Positions 30,988 to 41,505 of a DNA stretch of 64,000 nt are shown in pieces (position 1 is the stretch's first letter; each line of letters begins with the position of its first letter). The DNA comes from Synechococcus sp. (GTDB lineage: Bacteria; Cyanobacteriota; Cyanobacteriia; PCC-6307; Cyanobiaceae). Location of the stretch: NCBI GenBank assembly GCA_047284725.1, contig JBJBEO010000001.1, forward strand, positions 1,656,203-1,720,202, written 5' to 3'. The notes below the pieces were generated by a model, which was not told the DNA's origin, did not search any database, and saw only the letters and a program-made list of their open reading frames with translations. The translations under genes and the position numbers were made by a program.

Positions 30988-32493
30988 ATGGTTCGGCCCC
31001 GCTGGCAAGGGTTGCAGACCACATCAGCGGGCCGGTTCTGGCGACGTTGGGATCAGACGGTGGCCCTGATCGCCGCGGCCAACCTGGCCTGGGTGCTCTT
31101 CGACGTCAGCTACATCCCCCTTCGCCACTTCTGGCTGCAGCGCACGCTCTACCCATTGCCCTCGGTCAGCCTTGGCATCCCACTGGGATGGCTGCCGGAC
31201 ATCACCCCGCTCTACGACCCGATCAAGGGGATCGAACCCCATCGCGACACCGCGGCCTATGTGGACCACTTCCGCGAGCTGGAACAACGCACCCGGGAGC
31301 AAGGCTTCAACAGCACAGCTGCCCGCCAACATCGACTGGAAATGGTGGTGCGAAGCAGCCAGCTGATCGACGAAAACCCTTTCGTGGGCTCGGGCAATGC
31401 CGGCACGGTGGAAAAGCTGAAAAATCGCCTGCGCGCCAGAGCCGATCTGGATTCCCCCAAACAGGCGGCCGCCAAGCTAATGAGCGACTCCTACCTGAGG
31501 AGCCATGACTGGGAGGAGGAGAGGGCGTTCTGGAATCAACAGATTCTGCCCCTGGCGGAGACGAATTACTGGCGCGGCATCAACGACAGCGGTCAGCCGA
31601 TTGACCATTCCTGGCGGATTGATCTCCCCTTCCAGATGCTGTTTCTGGTCGACATCCTGCTGCGCACCATCCGTCTGAAGCGACGCTACCCAGCCATCCG
31701 TTGGCGCGATGCCCTGCTGCGGCGCTGGATTGACCTTCCCTTACTCCTCCCCTCCTGGCGGCTGCTGAGGGTGGTGCCAGTCACCGAGCGACTGTCGAAG
31801 GCAGAGCTGATTCAACTCGAACCCCTGCGGACGGTGGTCAGTCGCGCTGTCGTGGCCTTGCTGGCCCTCGAGCTGTTCGAAGTGCTCACCGTTCGACTGC
31901 TCGATGCAATGCAGCAACTGATCCGATCTCCCCAGCTACCCCAACGCATCCGCAATCTGCGTAGCCATCAGACAGTGGCTGACAACGGCGAACGCGAACT
32001 GACTGAACTGCTCCGCCTTTGGCTTCCATTGCTGCTCACTCAGGTCAGCCCGGGGATGCGCCCTCAGCTGGTGGCCTTGCTCAGTCATGCCCTGCAGCGC
32101 AGCGTCAAAGACGTGGTTTTGCCAGGCCCCCTGCGAGGCCTGGCCCCGATCCATCAAGCCGAACGAGATCTGTGCGACCAGCTCGCACGCAACATGGTGG
32201 ATGCCCTGCTCGGGCTCTCCCGTTCAGCCGGAGATCGCCTGGGGAAGCGTGACATCGCCCTGGAAGATCTCTCGATCGAGGTGCTTGACCGATTCTGGGA
32301 TGAACTGGCCCGCACCTTGGAACAGGGCCCGGTGCTGGAGCGCAGCCAGCAGCTCGTGGCTGCCTTTCTGGAGGAGCTGAAACGCAACAGCATTCACCAG
32401 CTGAGAGACCAAGGCGGCGTGAACGATCTGATCACTGAACTCGACGGGCTCAGCTTCAGCGCTGCAGCGCCTCCATCCACTGATCCAGCTTGA
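30988..32493 (+). CDS. Hypothetical membrane protein
   Basis: 501-aa ORF with several hydrophobic segments and a WRLLRVV stretch. Confidence 0.8.
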   Translation: MVRPRWQGLQTTSAGRFWRRWDQTVALIAAANLAWVLFDVSYIPLRHFWLQRTLYPLPSVSLGIPLGWLPDITPLYDPIKGIEPHRDTAAYVDHFRELEQRTREQGFNSTAARQHRLEMVVRSSQLIDENPFVGSGNAGTVEKLKNRLRARADLDSPKQAAAKLMSDSYLRSHDWEEERAFWNQQILPLAETNYWRGINDSGQPIDHSWRIDLPFQMLFLVDILLRTIRLKRRYPAIRWRDALLRRWIDLPLLLPSWRLLRVVPVTERLSKAELIQLEPLRTVVSRAVVALLALELFEVLTVRLLDAMQQLIRSPQLPQRIRNLRSHQTVADNGERELTELLRLWLPLLLTQVSPGMRPQLVALLSHALQRSVKDVVLPGPLRGLAPIHQAERDLCDQLARNMVDALLGLSRSAGDRLGKRDIALEDLSIEVLDRFWDELARTLEQGPVLERSQQLVAAFLEELKRNSIHQLRDQGGVNDLITELDGLSFSAAAPPSTDPA

Positions 32494-32827
32494 AGCCCAC
32501 AAGGAAGGAGCCATCGTGCAACGCGACAAAAGGTCGCTTGATCAACTTTCCATCGGCGGCCAATGCATCGAGGGCCTCATCGTCTGACATCGCCTTGACC
32601 GTGGACGAGCCCAAGGCTCGATAGCTCTGACCGCTGGTGTTGAAGAGTGGTTGACGCCCCCCCAGGAAGGCCACCGCAGCCGAGAGCAGATCCCGGGAGG
32701 GAGGGTTCTCAGTGATCTCAATGACGTCGTGAGGAACACCCTGCTGCTCCAGCCAAACCAAAGCTTTTCTGCAGGTGGAACAGCGGGCGTAACTCCAGAC
32801 CCTGAGCGTCTCAGAGGACGAGGTCAC
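32456..32827 (-). CDS. ArsC/Spx/MgsR family protein
   Basis: CSTCRKA, FNTSG, LIKRPF. Confidence 0.9.
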   Translation of the reverse strand: MTSSSETLRVWSYARCSTCRKALVWLEQQGVPHDVIEITENPPSRDLLSAAVAFLGGRQPLFNTSGQSYRALGSSTVKAMSDDEALDALAADGKLIKRPFVALHDGSFLVGFKLDQWMEALQR

Positions 32828-33183
32828 TTGCCAAGCAGATTCTTGACGGCACCGAGAAGGCTGTTCGAGCCCTTGCCGGCACCGTCAGAAGGACGGGTGC
32901 GCACCGTGACGTCGCCGTTGACGCTGGTGCGGCAGCTGAGGCGATAGTTGGCGGGGCGATCGGCGAGATAAACCTCTTCGACGTCGCTGCGGGGAGACAG
33001 GTTCTGAGCACCCTCGACCACTTCCATCACACAGGTGCCGCATTGGCCGACACCACCGCAGTTATTGAGGTTGTTCAGACCTTTGTAAGGATTGATTCCT
33101 GCGTCGAGCGAGGCTTTGCGCAAATTGGCACCCTCGATGCAACCGACCTGCTGGCCTTCCTGCTCAAAACGGATGGTGGGCAC
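32824..33183 (-). CDS. 2Fe-2S ferredoxin
   Basis: CGGVGQCGTC...RLSC. Confidence 0.93.
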   Translation of the reverse strand: MPTIRFEQEGQQVGCIEGANLRKASLDAGINPYKGLNNLNNCGGVGQCGTCVMEVVEGAQNLSPRSDVEEVYLADRPANYRLSCRTSVNGDVTVRTRPSDGAGKGSNSLLGAVKNLLGK

Positions 33184-33264
33184 GGGTCGTTCACATGCTG
33201 GGCGCGCACCAACTTACAAGCAACCGGGTCCGATCCAACGCAACTGCAACGAATTCGGAGGGAT

Positions 33265-33792
33265 TCATTGAGATGCCGCGGCCGCCTGCGCCGCGGCAAC
33301 ACAGGTTTCCAACAACGGATGCACGGCATCAGCATCGCGCCAGCCACCGATCGAAGTCACCCTGCCTTCGAGGTTCTTGTAGACGCGAAAGAACTCCGCC
33401 ACATCCTCCAGCTGATGCTCGGCGATCTGACGGATGCTTTCAATGCCCCTCTGCCTGGGATCTGCCACGGGAACACAAAGAATTTTGCCGTCGTAGTGGC
33501 CTGTGTCGTGCATATCGAGCACCCCGATCGGGCGAGCGATGATCAAGCAGCCGGCAAAGGTGGGCTCCTCCATGATCACCATGGCATCAAGGGCTGATCC
33601 GTCCTCGGCCAGGGTGTTGGGAATGAAGCCGTAATCAAACGGATAGCGCACGGACGAGTGCAGCACACGGTCGAGCGCCATCACGCCAGCCGGCGCGTAG
33701 TACTCGTATTTGTTTCGGCTACCGGCGGGTATCTCGACCACCAGGTTGACGAGACCGGGGGCGGGAGAGGGAGACAGAGAGCGAAGATCCAT
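33265..33792 (-). CDS. ppa: Inorganic pyrophosphatase, family I (copy 1)
   Basis: EIPAGSRNKYE, LDR, YPFDYGFIPNT, DGSALD, FFRVYK. Confidence 0.93.
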   Translation of the reverse strand: MDLRSLSPSPAPGLVNLVVEIPAGSRNKYEYYAPAGVMALDRVLHSSVRYPFDYGFIPNTLAEDGSALDAMVIMEEPTFAGCLIIARPIGVLDMHDTGHYDGKILCVPVADPRQRGIESIRQIAEHQLEDVAEFFRVYKNLEGRVTSIGGWRDADAVHPLLETCVAAAQAAAASQ

Positions 33793-33994
33793 CTCGATCC
33801 TGCGCAATGGGGGCGGGAGTGGAAACAGACGGGCGATCGGTGAGCACAGCCGCCACAGGAAAGCCGAGGGTGGCCAGTGCGAGCGAGAAGCCGATCAGCA
33901 CGAGCGATGCTCCAGACAATTCGTGAGCTTCAGGCCCTGGAGGCTCGGGCTGAGCAGGTTCAGGATTTGAAGCGGGGGCAGGCTCGGGGTCCAT
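33719..33994 (-). CDS. Small hypothetical single-TM protein
   Basis: Pro-rich N-terminus plus hydrophobic LVLIGFSLALATLGFPVAAVL; overlaps the ppa 5' end. Confidence 0.5.
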   Translation of the reverse strand: MDPEPAPASNPEPAQPEPPGPEAHELSGASLVLIGFSLALATLGFPVAAVLTDRPSVSTPAPIAQDRDGSSLSVSLSRPRSRQPGGRDTRR

Positions 33995-34119
33995 GCAGGG
34001 GTGTTGAAGGACAACCCGCTCGTGGATCTGACGTGAACCAAACGAGCGAGCACCGATCAAGGCTGAAGCGTTGACCGGTCTTTGCATCATGCCACCGTTT
34101 CCGATGACGGTCAGACCAG

Positions 34120-34593
34120 TCAGGCGGCAGGCCTGTCCTGGCGCTCGCGACGGGCGGCGAGGTCAGACGGGTCAGCGGGAGACAACGGCAACCCGTCCAG
34201 CTGAGAACGAATCATGCGCAACTCTTCAAGAATGGCCATCAAGCACTGCTGCGTCGCCGTTGAGGGCGAATTGAGCACCTCAACGGTGACCTCCTTGATG
34301 CGCAGCACGTCCTTCGCAAAGCGCGCGACCTCATTGGGATGAAACAGCAGGGGATCCTTCTGGTCACTGCGGTATTCGGGATTGAGCTTGCGAGGGTTGA
34401 AGGGAGGGTTGAGGTTGCGGGGATCGGTGTTGGTGTAGCGGTAGACCGATGCCCTGGAACGATTCAGGGATTTCTGAACCTCTTCAATCCCGACAAGCGA
34501 TTCAGAACGCGCCATCACGGCATCCACTTCGGCAGCACTTTCGACGCGGGGAGCGGAGACCGAAAGCGAAGAATCAACCGAACGGGGATACAT
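34120..34593 (-). CDS. Cyanobacterial protein with HTH-like motif
   Basis: IEEVQKSLNRSRASVYRY resembles an excisionase/AlpA-type HTH. Confidence 0.75.
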   Translation of the reverse strand: MYPRSVDSSLSVSAPRVESAAEVDAVMARSESLVGIEEVQKSLNRSRASVYRYTNTDPRNLNPPFNPRKLNPEYRSDQKDPLLFHPNEVARFAKDVLRIKEVTVEVLNSPSTATQQCLMAILEELRMIRSQLDGLPLSPADPSDLAARRERQDRPAA

Positions 34594-34751
34594 GAAAAAA
34601 GGCCAGATTGACTCTTTGTCTCGCGGAGATTAGCAGTTGAGACTCAAGTTGCAGCCTTGATCCAGCGCGAAGGTGACAGTTCAGGAATTGCCAGAAAAAC
34701 CTGGCGACAAGGCAGCGGTGATAGCTTCCCGCTTCATTGCTTTTCTCCCCC

Positions 34752-36554
34752 ATGCGCGTCTCCCGCCTGATGCTGGTGACGCTGCGGGATGTGCCCGCTG
34801 ATGCAGAGATTGCATCTCACCAGCTGCTGTTGCGCGGGGGGTACATCCGTCGCGTCGGTTCAGGGATCTACGCCTATCTGCCCTTGATGTGGAGAGTGCT
34901 GCGCAAAATCAGCACGATCGTCCAGCAGGAGATGGATGCCACCGGCGCCCTTGAAACCCTGCTGCCGCAACTGCAGCCGGCTGAACTTTGGCAGCTCAGT
35001 GGTCGCTGGCAGGGCTACACGGCGGGTGAGGGAATCATGTTTCACCTCGAAGATCGCCAGGGGCGCGAGGTTGGCCTCGGCCCCACCCATGAGGAAGTCG
35101 TCACCTCCCTGGCGGGCGACCTGCTGCGCTCCTACCGACAGCTGCCGGTGGCGCTGTATCAGATCCAGAGCAAGTTCAGAGATGAGATCCGGCCGCGGTT
35201 CGGCCTGATGCGGGGACGGGAATTCATCATGAAAGACGGCTATTCCTTCCACGCCGACGAGGCCGACCTGCGCCGCTGTTATGGCGAGATGGATCAGGCC
35301 TACAAACGCATCTTCGCGCGTTGTGGCCTTCAGGCTGTCGCCGTGGAGGCTGACAGCGGAGCCATCGGCGGCGCTGCCTCCCAGGAATTCATGGTGACCG
35401 CCGAAGCGGGCGAGGACCTCATCCTCACCAGCGATGACGGGCGTTATGCCGCCAACCTCGAGAAAGCGGTTTCGATCCCCTCGGACGCGACGCCACTGCC
35501 TGCAGGAGAGGCGCAGGTGATCGACACCCCTGGTCAGGCCAGCATTGAAGACCTGTGTTCTGCCCAGAACCTCGACGCCACCCAGGTGGTGAAGGTGCTT
35601 GCACTGCTGGCAAGGCTGGAATCGGGGCAACAGCAACCTGTCCTTGTCTCTCTGCGCGGCGATCAGGAGCTCAACGAAGTGAAACTCGTCAATGCGATCA
35701 GCGCCACCCTCAACGAGGGCGTTCTGGATGTCACCCCCTTCAGTGCCGACCAGGTGAGCAACCAGGGACTGGAGGCCTGGCCCTTCGGCGCCCTTGGCCC
35801 CGATCTCCCCGACAGATGCCTGAAGGGTGCCAGATCCTGGGAAGAGACCTTCCTGCGCCTTGCCGATCCAACCGCCCTGCGCCTGGATCGCTTCGTCTGC
35901 GGTGCCAACACGGCTGACCAGCACCGCTGGGGCAGCAGCTGGTCAGACATGGCCTGCACCCCTCAGGAGGTCGACCTCCGCAATGCCCAGGCCGGGGATC
36001 GCTGCCTCCAGGATCCGGGTCAAACCCTGCGCGCCCGCCGCGGCATCGAAGTGGGTCACATCTTTCAGCTCGGGCGCAAATACTCCAGGGCCATGGACGC
36101 CACCTTCACCACCGCCGAAGGAGCCCAGGAACCCTTCTGGATGGGTTGCTACGGCATCGGGGTGTCACGTTTGGCGCAGGCTGCCGTGGAACAGCATCAC
36201 GATCAGGCAGGCATCTGCTGGCCCCTGGCGATCGCACCCTTTGAAGCCATCGTCGTTGTCGCCAACATGAACGATGAGACCCAGCAGCAGCTGGGGGAGC
36301 AGCTGTACAACACACTGCGAGCCAACGGCATCGATGCCCTCCTCGACGACCGCAGCGAGCGAGCGGGCGTGAAGTTCAAGGATGCCGACCTCATCGGAAT
36401 CCCCTGGCGTGTGGTGGTGGGTCGCGACGCCGCCAGCGGTCAGGTTGAACTGGTGGAGCGGGCAACCCGAGAGAGTCGGGTTCTACCCCACGCCGAAGCC
36501 ATCGCGATTCTTCAGAAGGCAATCCCCAGCGGCACCACCCCTACAGTCATCTGA
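34752..36554 (+). CDS. proS: Proline--tRNA ligase
   Basis: GPTHEE, FRDEIRPRFGLMRGREF, IEVGHIFQLG, GCYGIG; insertion/editing domain. Confidence 0.98.
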   Translation: MRVSRLMLVTLRDVPADAEIASHQLLLRGGYIRRVGSGIYAYLPLMWRVLRKISTIVQQEMDATGALETLLPQLQPAELWQLSGRWQGYTAGEGIMFHLEDRQGREVGLGPTHEEVVTSLAGDLLRSYRQLPVALYQIQSKFRDEIRPRFGLMRGREFIMKDGYSFHADEADLRRCYGEMDQAYKRIFARCGLQAVAVEADSGAIGGAASQEFMVTAEAGEDLILTSDDGRYAANLEKAVSIPSDATPLPAGEAQVIDTPGQASIEDLCSAQNLDATQVVKVLALLARLESGQQQPVLVSLRGDQELNEVKLVNAISATLNEGVLDVTPFSADQVSNQGLEAWPFGALGPDLPDRCLKGARSWEETFLRLADPTALRLDRFVCGANTADQHRWGSSWSDMACTPQEVDLRNAQAGDRCLQDPGQTLRARRGIEVGHIFQLGRKYSRAMDATFTTAEGAQEPFWMGCYGIGVSRLAQAAVEQHHDQAGICWPLAIAPFEAIVVVANMNDETQQQLGEQLYNTLRANGIDALLDDRSERAGVKFKDADLIGIPWRVVVGRDAASGQVELVERATRESRVLPHAEAIAILQKAIPSGTTPTVI

Positions 36555-36571
36555 CAAGCGACCCGTGGTTC

Positions 36572-36997
36572 ATGCTCTCCGCCCTCCATCGTCTGACCAG
36601 GCAATTGATGAGCGTCACCCTGGCGGTGTGCCTTGGCCTCTGCCTGATGCTCTCCGCCTGTTCCGGGGCCGGAGCCTCCACCCTCACGGGTGATTACGTC
36701 GAAGACACTGTGGCCGTTGTGCACACCCTCCAATCAACGATTGCCCTGGAAGCAGACGATGAAGGCCGCGCCGAAGCGGAAACAGCAGCCACCGAGCTGA
36801 TCAACGACTACATGTCGCGCTACCGCCCTCGCCCGCAGGTGAATGGACTCAGCTCCTTCACAACGATGCAAACCGCCTTGAATTCCTTGGCCGGTCATTA
36901 CAAGACCTATGCCAACCGCCCGTTGCCGGACGCGCTGCGCAGCCGCGTGACCAAGGAACTGGGCAAGGCGGAGAAAGCCGTCGTCCGTGGAAGCTGA
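36572..36997 (+). CDS. psb27: Photosystem II assembly lipoprotein Psb27
   Basis: Lipobox LSAC, LTGDYVEDT, SFTTMQTALNSLAGHY. Confidence 0.95.
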   Translation: MLSALHRLTRQLMSVTLAVCLGLCLMLSACSGAGASTLTGDYVEDTVAVVHTLQSTIALEADDEGRAEAETAATELINDYMSRYRPRPQVNGLSSFTTMQTALNSLAGHYKTYANRPLPDALRSRVTKELGKAEKAVVRGS

Positions 36998-37105
36998 ACC
37001 TCCTTTGATTCGCATGATTCGCAACGATTCCCCCTGGCCTTTTGACCGAAGGCAGGGGGAGCTGCGAAAATCATTGATTGTGCAGATTGGCGGCTTCGGG
37101 CCGCA

Positions 37106-38425
37106 GTGTCTTTGGCCAACGTTGTCGTCATCGGTGCGCAGTGGGGTGACGAGGGAAAAGGAAAGATCACGGATCTCCTCAGCCGCTCAGCTGATGTGGT
37201 GGTGCGCTACCAGGGCGGTGTCAATGCTGGTCACACGATCGTCGTTGACGATCAGGTGCTCAAGCTCCACCTGATTCCGTCTGGAATTCTGTATGCGGAC
37301 ACCGACTGCCTGATCGGGTCCGGCACGGTCGTGGACCCCAAGGTGATGCTTGGAGAACTCGACATGCTGATCGAGAACGGCATTGACATCTCCGGACTGA
37401 AGCTGTCGTCGACAGCCCACGTGACCATGCCCTACCACCGCCTTCTGGATGAGGCGATGGAGAAACAACGGGGTGACCGCAAGATCGGCACCACGGGCCG
37501 CGGCATTGGTCCTACCTATGCCGACAAGTCACAACGCAGTGGCATCCGGGTGATCGACCTGCTGGATGAAGATCGACTGCGGGATCGCCTGGATGGTCCA
37601 CTCAAGGAAAAGAACCAGCTTCTGCAAACCATCTACGGCGTTGAGCCCCTCAATGCCGAAGAGGTGATCACCGAATATCTTGCCTACGGCATCCGCCTCG
37701 CTCCCCACGTGGTGGATTGCACCCGTGAGATTCATCTGGCAGCCCGCAACAGGAAAAACATCCTGTTTGAGGGTGCCCAGGGCACCCTGCTCGACCTCGA
37801 CCACGGCACCTATCCTTACGTCACATCGTCCAACCCCATCTCGGGCGGAGCCTGCATCGGTGCTGGCGTAGGTCCCACCCTGATTGACAGGGTGATTGGC
37901 GTCGCCAAGGCCTACACCACCCGTGTCGGCGAAGGACCGTTCCCCACCGAACTCGAGGGCAGCCTCAACGACCACCTCTGCGATCGTGGCGGTGAATTCG
38001 GCACCACCACCGGACGCCGCCGCCGCTGTGGTTGGTTCGATGGCGTCATTGGCCGCTACGCGGTGGGCGTCAACGGTCTCGATTGCCTGGCCATCACCAA
38101 GCTCGATGTGCTCGACGAACTCGATGAGCTGCAGGTGTGTGTGGCCTACGACCTCGACGGTGAACGGATCGAGCATTTCCCCTCCTGTGCCGAGGAATTC
38201 GCCCGCTGCAAACCCATTTTCGAGACCCTCCCCGGTTGGCAGTGCTCCACCGAGGAATGCCGCACCCTTGAGGATCTTCCAGAGAAAGCCATGGCCTATC
38301 TGCGCTTCCTTGCCGACCTGATGGAGGTGCCGATCGCCATCGTGTCGCTCGGTGCTGGCCGCGACCAAACGATCGTGGTGGAAGATCCGATCCATGGTCC
38401 CAAGCGGGCGCTGCTCAGCGCCTGA
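37106..38425 (+). CDS. purA: Adenylosuccinate synthetase
   Basis: [34 protein letters not shown]. Confidence 0.98.
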   Translation: MSLANVVVIGAQWGDEGKGKITDLLSRSADVVVRYQGGVNAGHTIVVDDQVLKLHLIPSGILYADTDCLIGSGTVVDPKVMLGELDMLIENGIDISGLKLSSTAHVTMPYHRLLDEAMEKQRGDRKIGTTGRGIGPTYADKSQRSGIRVIDLLDEDRLRDRLDGPLKEKNQLLQTIYGVEPLNAEEVITEYLAYGIRLAPHVVDCTREIHLAARNRKNILFEGAQGTLLDLDHGTYPYVTSSNPISGGACIGAGVGPTLIDRVIGVAKAYTTRVGEGPFPTELEGSLNDHLCDRGGEFGTTTGRRRRCGWFDGVIGRYAVGVNGLDCLAITKLDVLDELDELQVCVAYDLDGERIEHFPSCAEEFARCKPIFETLPGWQCSTEECRTLEDLPEKAMAYLRFLADLMEVPIAIVSLGAGRDQTIVVEDPIHGPKRALLSA

Positions 38426-38484
38426 TCACAAGGCTGCGAGTCAAGGGGTGATACTGCGGAACGCATGCCGCGCCGTCATCCCTG

Positions 38485-39495
38485 ATGAGTTCATCCCGCT
38501 TCAACCAATCCGCCGTGCTTGATGTCGTGGGCATCGGCAACGCGATCGTGGATGTACTCGTGCAGACAGAGGACTCCTTCCTCACCCAGCATGGCCTTCA
38601 GAAGGGCGGCATGGCTCTGATCGATGAGGGCCAGGCAGAAGCCCTGTATCAAGCCAGCGGCCCCGGCCTGGAAACCTCCGGCGGATCCGTGGCCAACACC
38701 ATGGTGGGCATCGCCCAGCTGGGTGGCCGTACAGGATTCATCGGTCGCGTCCGGGACGACCAGCTGGGGACGATCTTCAGCCACGACATCCGCGCCGTCG
38801 GCGCCCGCTTTGAAACGCCCGCGGCCACCAGCGGTGCCACCACGGCGCGCTGTCTGATCTATGTGACCCCGGACGCTGAACGCACGATGTGCACCTTTCT
38901 CGGGGCATCCACACAGCTGGAGCCGGAGGATCTGGATCTGTCGATGGTGAAACAGACCAAGGTGCTGTATCTGGAGGGGTACCTCTGGGATAGCCCTGCG
39001 GCCAAGCGCGCCTTCATCGCCGGAGCAATGGCCTGCCGGGCAGCCGGCGGCAAGGTCGCCCTCTCACTGTCCGACGGCTTCTGCGTGGACCGCCACCGCG
39101 AGAGCTTTCTGGAGCTGGTGGATGGTCATGTGGACGTGCTGTTTGCCAATGAGGCTGAAATCAAGTCGCTCTATGAGAGCGAAGACTTCAACACGGCACT
39201 GGACAAGGTACGTGGCTGCTGCGAGGTGACGGCCATCACGCGTTCCTCAGCGGGATCGGTGGTGCTCAGCGGCAATCAGCGCTGGGACATCGGCATCTTC
39301 AGCCTTGGCGATCTGGTCGACACCACAGGGGCCGGCGATCTCTATGCGGGTGGTTTCCTGCACGCCTACACGCAAGGGGAGTCGCTGGAACGCTGCGGGC
39401 AGCTCGGTGCCCTCTGTGCCGGTCAGATTGTCACCCAGCTCGGGGCTCGCTCCCAGGTGAATCTCAAGGAGTTGATGGGCCAGCACCTCAACTGA
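38485..39495 (+). CDS. PfkB family carbohydrate/adenosine kinase
   Basis: GNAIVD, GGSVANT, DTTGAGD. Confidence 0.92.
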   Translation: MSSSRFNQSAVLDVVGIGNAIVDVLVQTEDSFLTQHGLQKGGMALIDEGQAEALYQASGPGLETSGGSVANTMVGIAQLGGRTGFIGRVRDDQLGTIFSHDIRAVGARFETPAATSGATTARCLIYVTPDAERTMCTFLGASTQLEPEDLDLSMVKQTKVLYLEGYLWDSPAAKRAFIAGAMACRAAGGKVALSLSDGFCVDRHRESFLELVDGHVDVLFANEAEIKSLYESEDFNTALDKVRGCCEVTAITRSSAGSVVLSGNQRWDIGIFSLGDLVDTTGAGDLYAGGFLHAYTQGESLERCGQLGALCAGQIVTQLGARSQVNLKELMGQHLN

Positions 39496-39877
39496 GGGGA
39501 GGCGTCACCAGGGTGACTGCATCGGTCGCCCAGGTGCCGTAGGCCTCCGATGCCCGGACATGCCAATGGAGGAACTGCGGTGTGTCGTAGCTGTGCAGGC
39601 TGAGCAGGGTCTGCTCCAGCAACGGCCAAGCCTCGGGTGTGGTTTTGATCAACAGCTGCACCTCCTCGGCACACTCAAGCCGGCCCTGCCAGCGGTAGGT
39701 CGACCGCACCGGCATCTGGCTGACGCATGCCGCCAGCTCCTGCTCCACCAAGGCTCGTGCCAGGGCATCAGCGCGCTTCGCGTCCGCTTCCGTGGTGAGG
39801 ACGAGCACCAGGTCGGAGTCCGGCGGCGGAGGGTTGACGCTCGTGCGTGCATGATCGCCGTTGGCGCAGGTGTTCAT
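39488..39877 (-). CDS. cutA: Divalent-cation tolerance protein CutA
   Basis: LAAC, STYRWQG, HSYDTP; true start uncertain. Confidence 0.88.
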   Translation of the reverse strand: MNTCANGDHARTSVNPPPPDSDLVLVLTTEADAKRADALARALVEQELAACVSQMPVRSTYRWQGRLECAEEVQLLIKTTPEAWPLLEQTLLSLHSYDTPQFLHWHVRASEAYGTWATDAVTLVTPPLS

Positions 39878-39903
39878 AGGAGCCCATCGCGAAGGCCAGC
39901 AGT

Positions 39904-40701
39904 TCAGGCAAGGGGAGGCTTGGTCACCCGTGCCAGCAGGTCCTCCACGCTATGCACCAGAGCGAGTGATGGCGGAGGATTCGGGCGGCGTAGCAACCAC
40001 AGGGGAAGCGACAACTGGCTGGAGACCTGATGCCAGCAGCGCTCTGTCACCCCTCCCGACTGGCGACACAACACAGCCTGAATCGACCAGTGGCGGCAAA
40101 GGGCCTGTTCCAGGGCGCCTGTCTGGGTCGCCTGGCCTGGATGGATCAGGGCCAGATGGGCATCGGGCAAACCGGCAGCCACCGCTTGACGCAGCGCCTG
40201 GGGCGTGGGCAGCACCCGCGCGTAAAGCTCAGCACCAGCAGCCCGCAGGGGCGGCACCAGCTGGCTGAGATAACGGGCACCCACAGCCAACAGCAGGCGC
40301 TTCCCCCGCAGGGCTTCCGGCGGAACCTCCGCCACACTCTCCACCACACAGCTGTCAGCGGAGGGTTCAAGCAACCGCTCAAAGCGCAGCAACGGACAGC
40401 CCGACCGCTGCGAAGCCTGCTGCAGATGGGCTGTGATCTGCGTCGCAAACGGATGCGTTGCATCAACGAGCTGGTCGATGCCGGCGCGTTGCAAACGCGA
40501 GCAGATCGCCACGGGGCCTGCCAGCGGCCCCACCCAGAGATTGGACAGTGGCAGCGAGCGGTACACCCGCCCGGCACTCTCCGTCACCACACTGACGCTC
40601 ACACGCATCTGCCGCTGCAGCAAGGCGGACGCGATCACCGGCCCCTCACCGGTTCCTGCCAGCAGCCACACATGAGCCTGGCGATTCAGCGGCTTGTGCA
40701 T
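39904..40701 (-). CDS. cobK: Precorrin-6A/cobalt-precorrin-6A reductase
   Basis: LAGTGEG, VDATHPFA, RFER, ARVLP, RQSGG. Confidence 0.9.
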   Translation of the reverse strand: MHKPLNRQAHVWLLAGTGEGPVIASALLQRQMRVSVSVVTESAGRVYRSLPLSNLWVGPLAGPVAICSRLQRAGIDQLVDATHPFATQITAHLQQASQRSGCPLLRFERLLEPSADSCVVESVAEVPPEALRGKRLLLAVGARYLSQLVPPLRAAGAELYARVLPTPQALRQAVAAGLPDAHLALIHPGQATQTGALEQALCRHWSIQAVLCRQSGGVTERCWHQVSSQLSLPLWLLRRPNPPPSLALVHSVEDLLARVTKPPLA

Positions 40702-40735
40702 CAGGATGACCTCTCCTTCAACGCATCGGACGGCG

Positions 40736-41200
40736 ATGAATCACTGCGTGCTCGAAGTGGAGGTGATGCAGGCACCCACCCTTCGCTACACCCAGGACAA
40801 CCAAACCCCGATCGCTGAAATGGATGTGCGATTCGACGGCTTGCGGGTTGACGACGCTCCTGGGCAGCTGAAAGTGGTGGGTTGGGGCAACCTGGCCCAG
40901 GATCTGCAGAACCGTGTGCAGGTCGGCCAGCGGCTGCTGATCGAAGGGCGCCTGCGCATGAACACTGTTCCGCGTCAGGACGGCACCAAGGAGAAACGGG
41001 CCGAATTCACACTCTCGCGTCTTCATCCTGTGGGCGGTGGTGCTGCTGCCCCTCAACCGAGCGGCAGCACACCGGCTCCCGTGCGCAAGGCGGCCCCACC
41101 GGCGGCTGCAGCCGCCCCGACTCCCCCCCCGTCCGAGCCCAGTGCTGCTCAATGGAACAGCGCACCACTGGTGCCCGACACCGACGACATCCCCTTCTGA
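40736..41200 (+). CDS. ssb: Single-stranded DNA-binding protein
   Basis: LRYTQDNQT, IEGRL, Pro/Ala linker, acidic DDIPF tail. Confidence 0.9.
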   Translation: MNHCVLEVEVMQAPTLRYTQDNQTPIAEMDVRFDGLRVDDAPGQLKVVGWGNLAQDLQNRVQVGQRLLIEGRLRMNTVPRQDGTKEKRAEFTLSRLHPVGGGAAAPQPSGSTPAPVRKAAPPAAAAAPTPPPSEPSAAQWNSAPLVPDTDDIPF

Positions 41201-41207
41201 TCTCAGC

Positions 41208-41429
41208 TCAGCCGCGCCGGTCATCACGCTCTAGACGTTCGCCGGCGCCCACCAGCAGCTGACCCAGTTCGCGTTCCAGTGCCGCGAGGTCGAGGCGCAG
41301 CTCCGGCCAACGCCCCCGATCGATCTGTTCCAGCAGCCAGGCACGATCCTGATCGAGATCCCTGATCAGACTGGCCAGATCCGGTTGGGCCGTCCCGCTG
41401 GTGAATTCACGTTCCATCTGAACTGGCAT
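41208..41429 (-). CDS. Small hypothetical protein
   Basis: DRAWLLEQIDRGRWPELRLDLAALERELGQLL, helical; start uncertain. Confidence 0.65.
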   Translation of the reverse strand: MPVQMEREFTSGTAQPDLASLIRDLDQDRAWLLEQIDRGRWPELRLDLAALERELGQLLVGAGERLERDDRRG

Positions 41430-41505
41430 CTCCGACGATGTCTCCATTCTCAATGGTGCAGTCCATGCATCGCGGTTGTGCAAGGGGTGCAGCAGAGTGA
41501 TTGCC

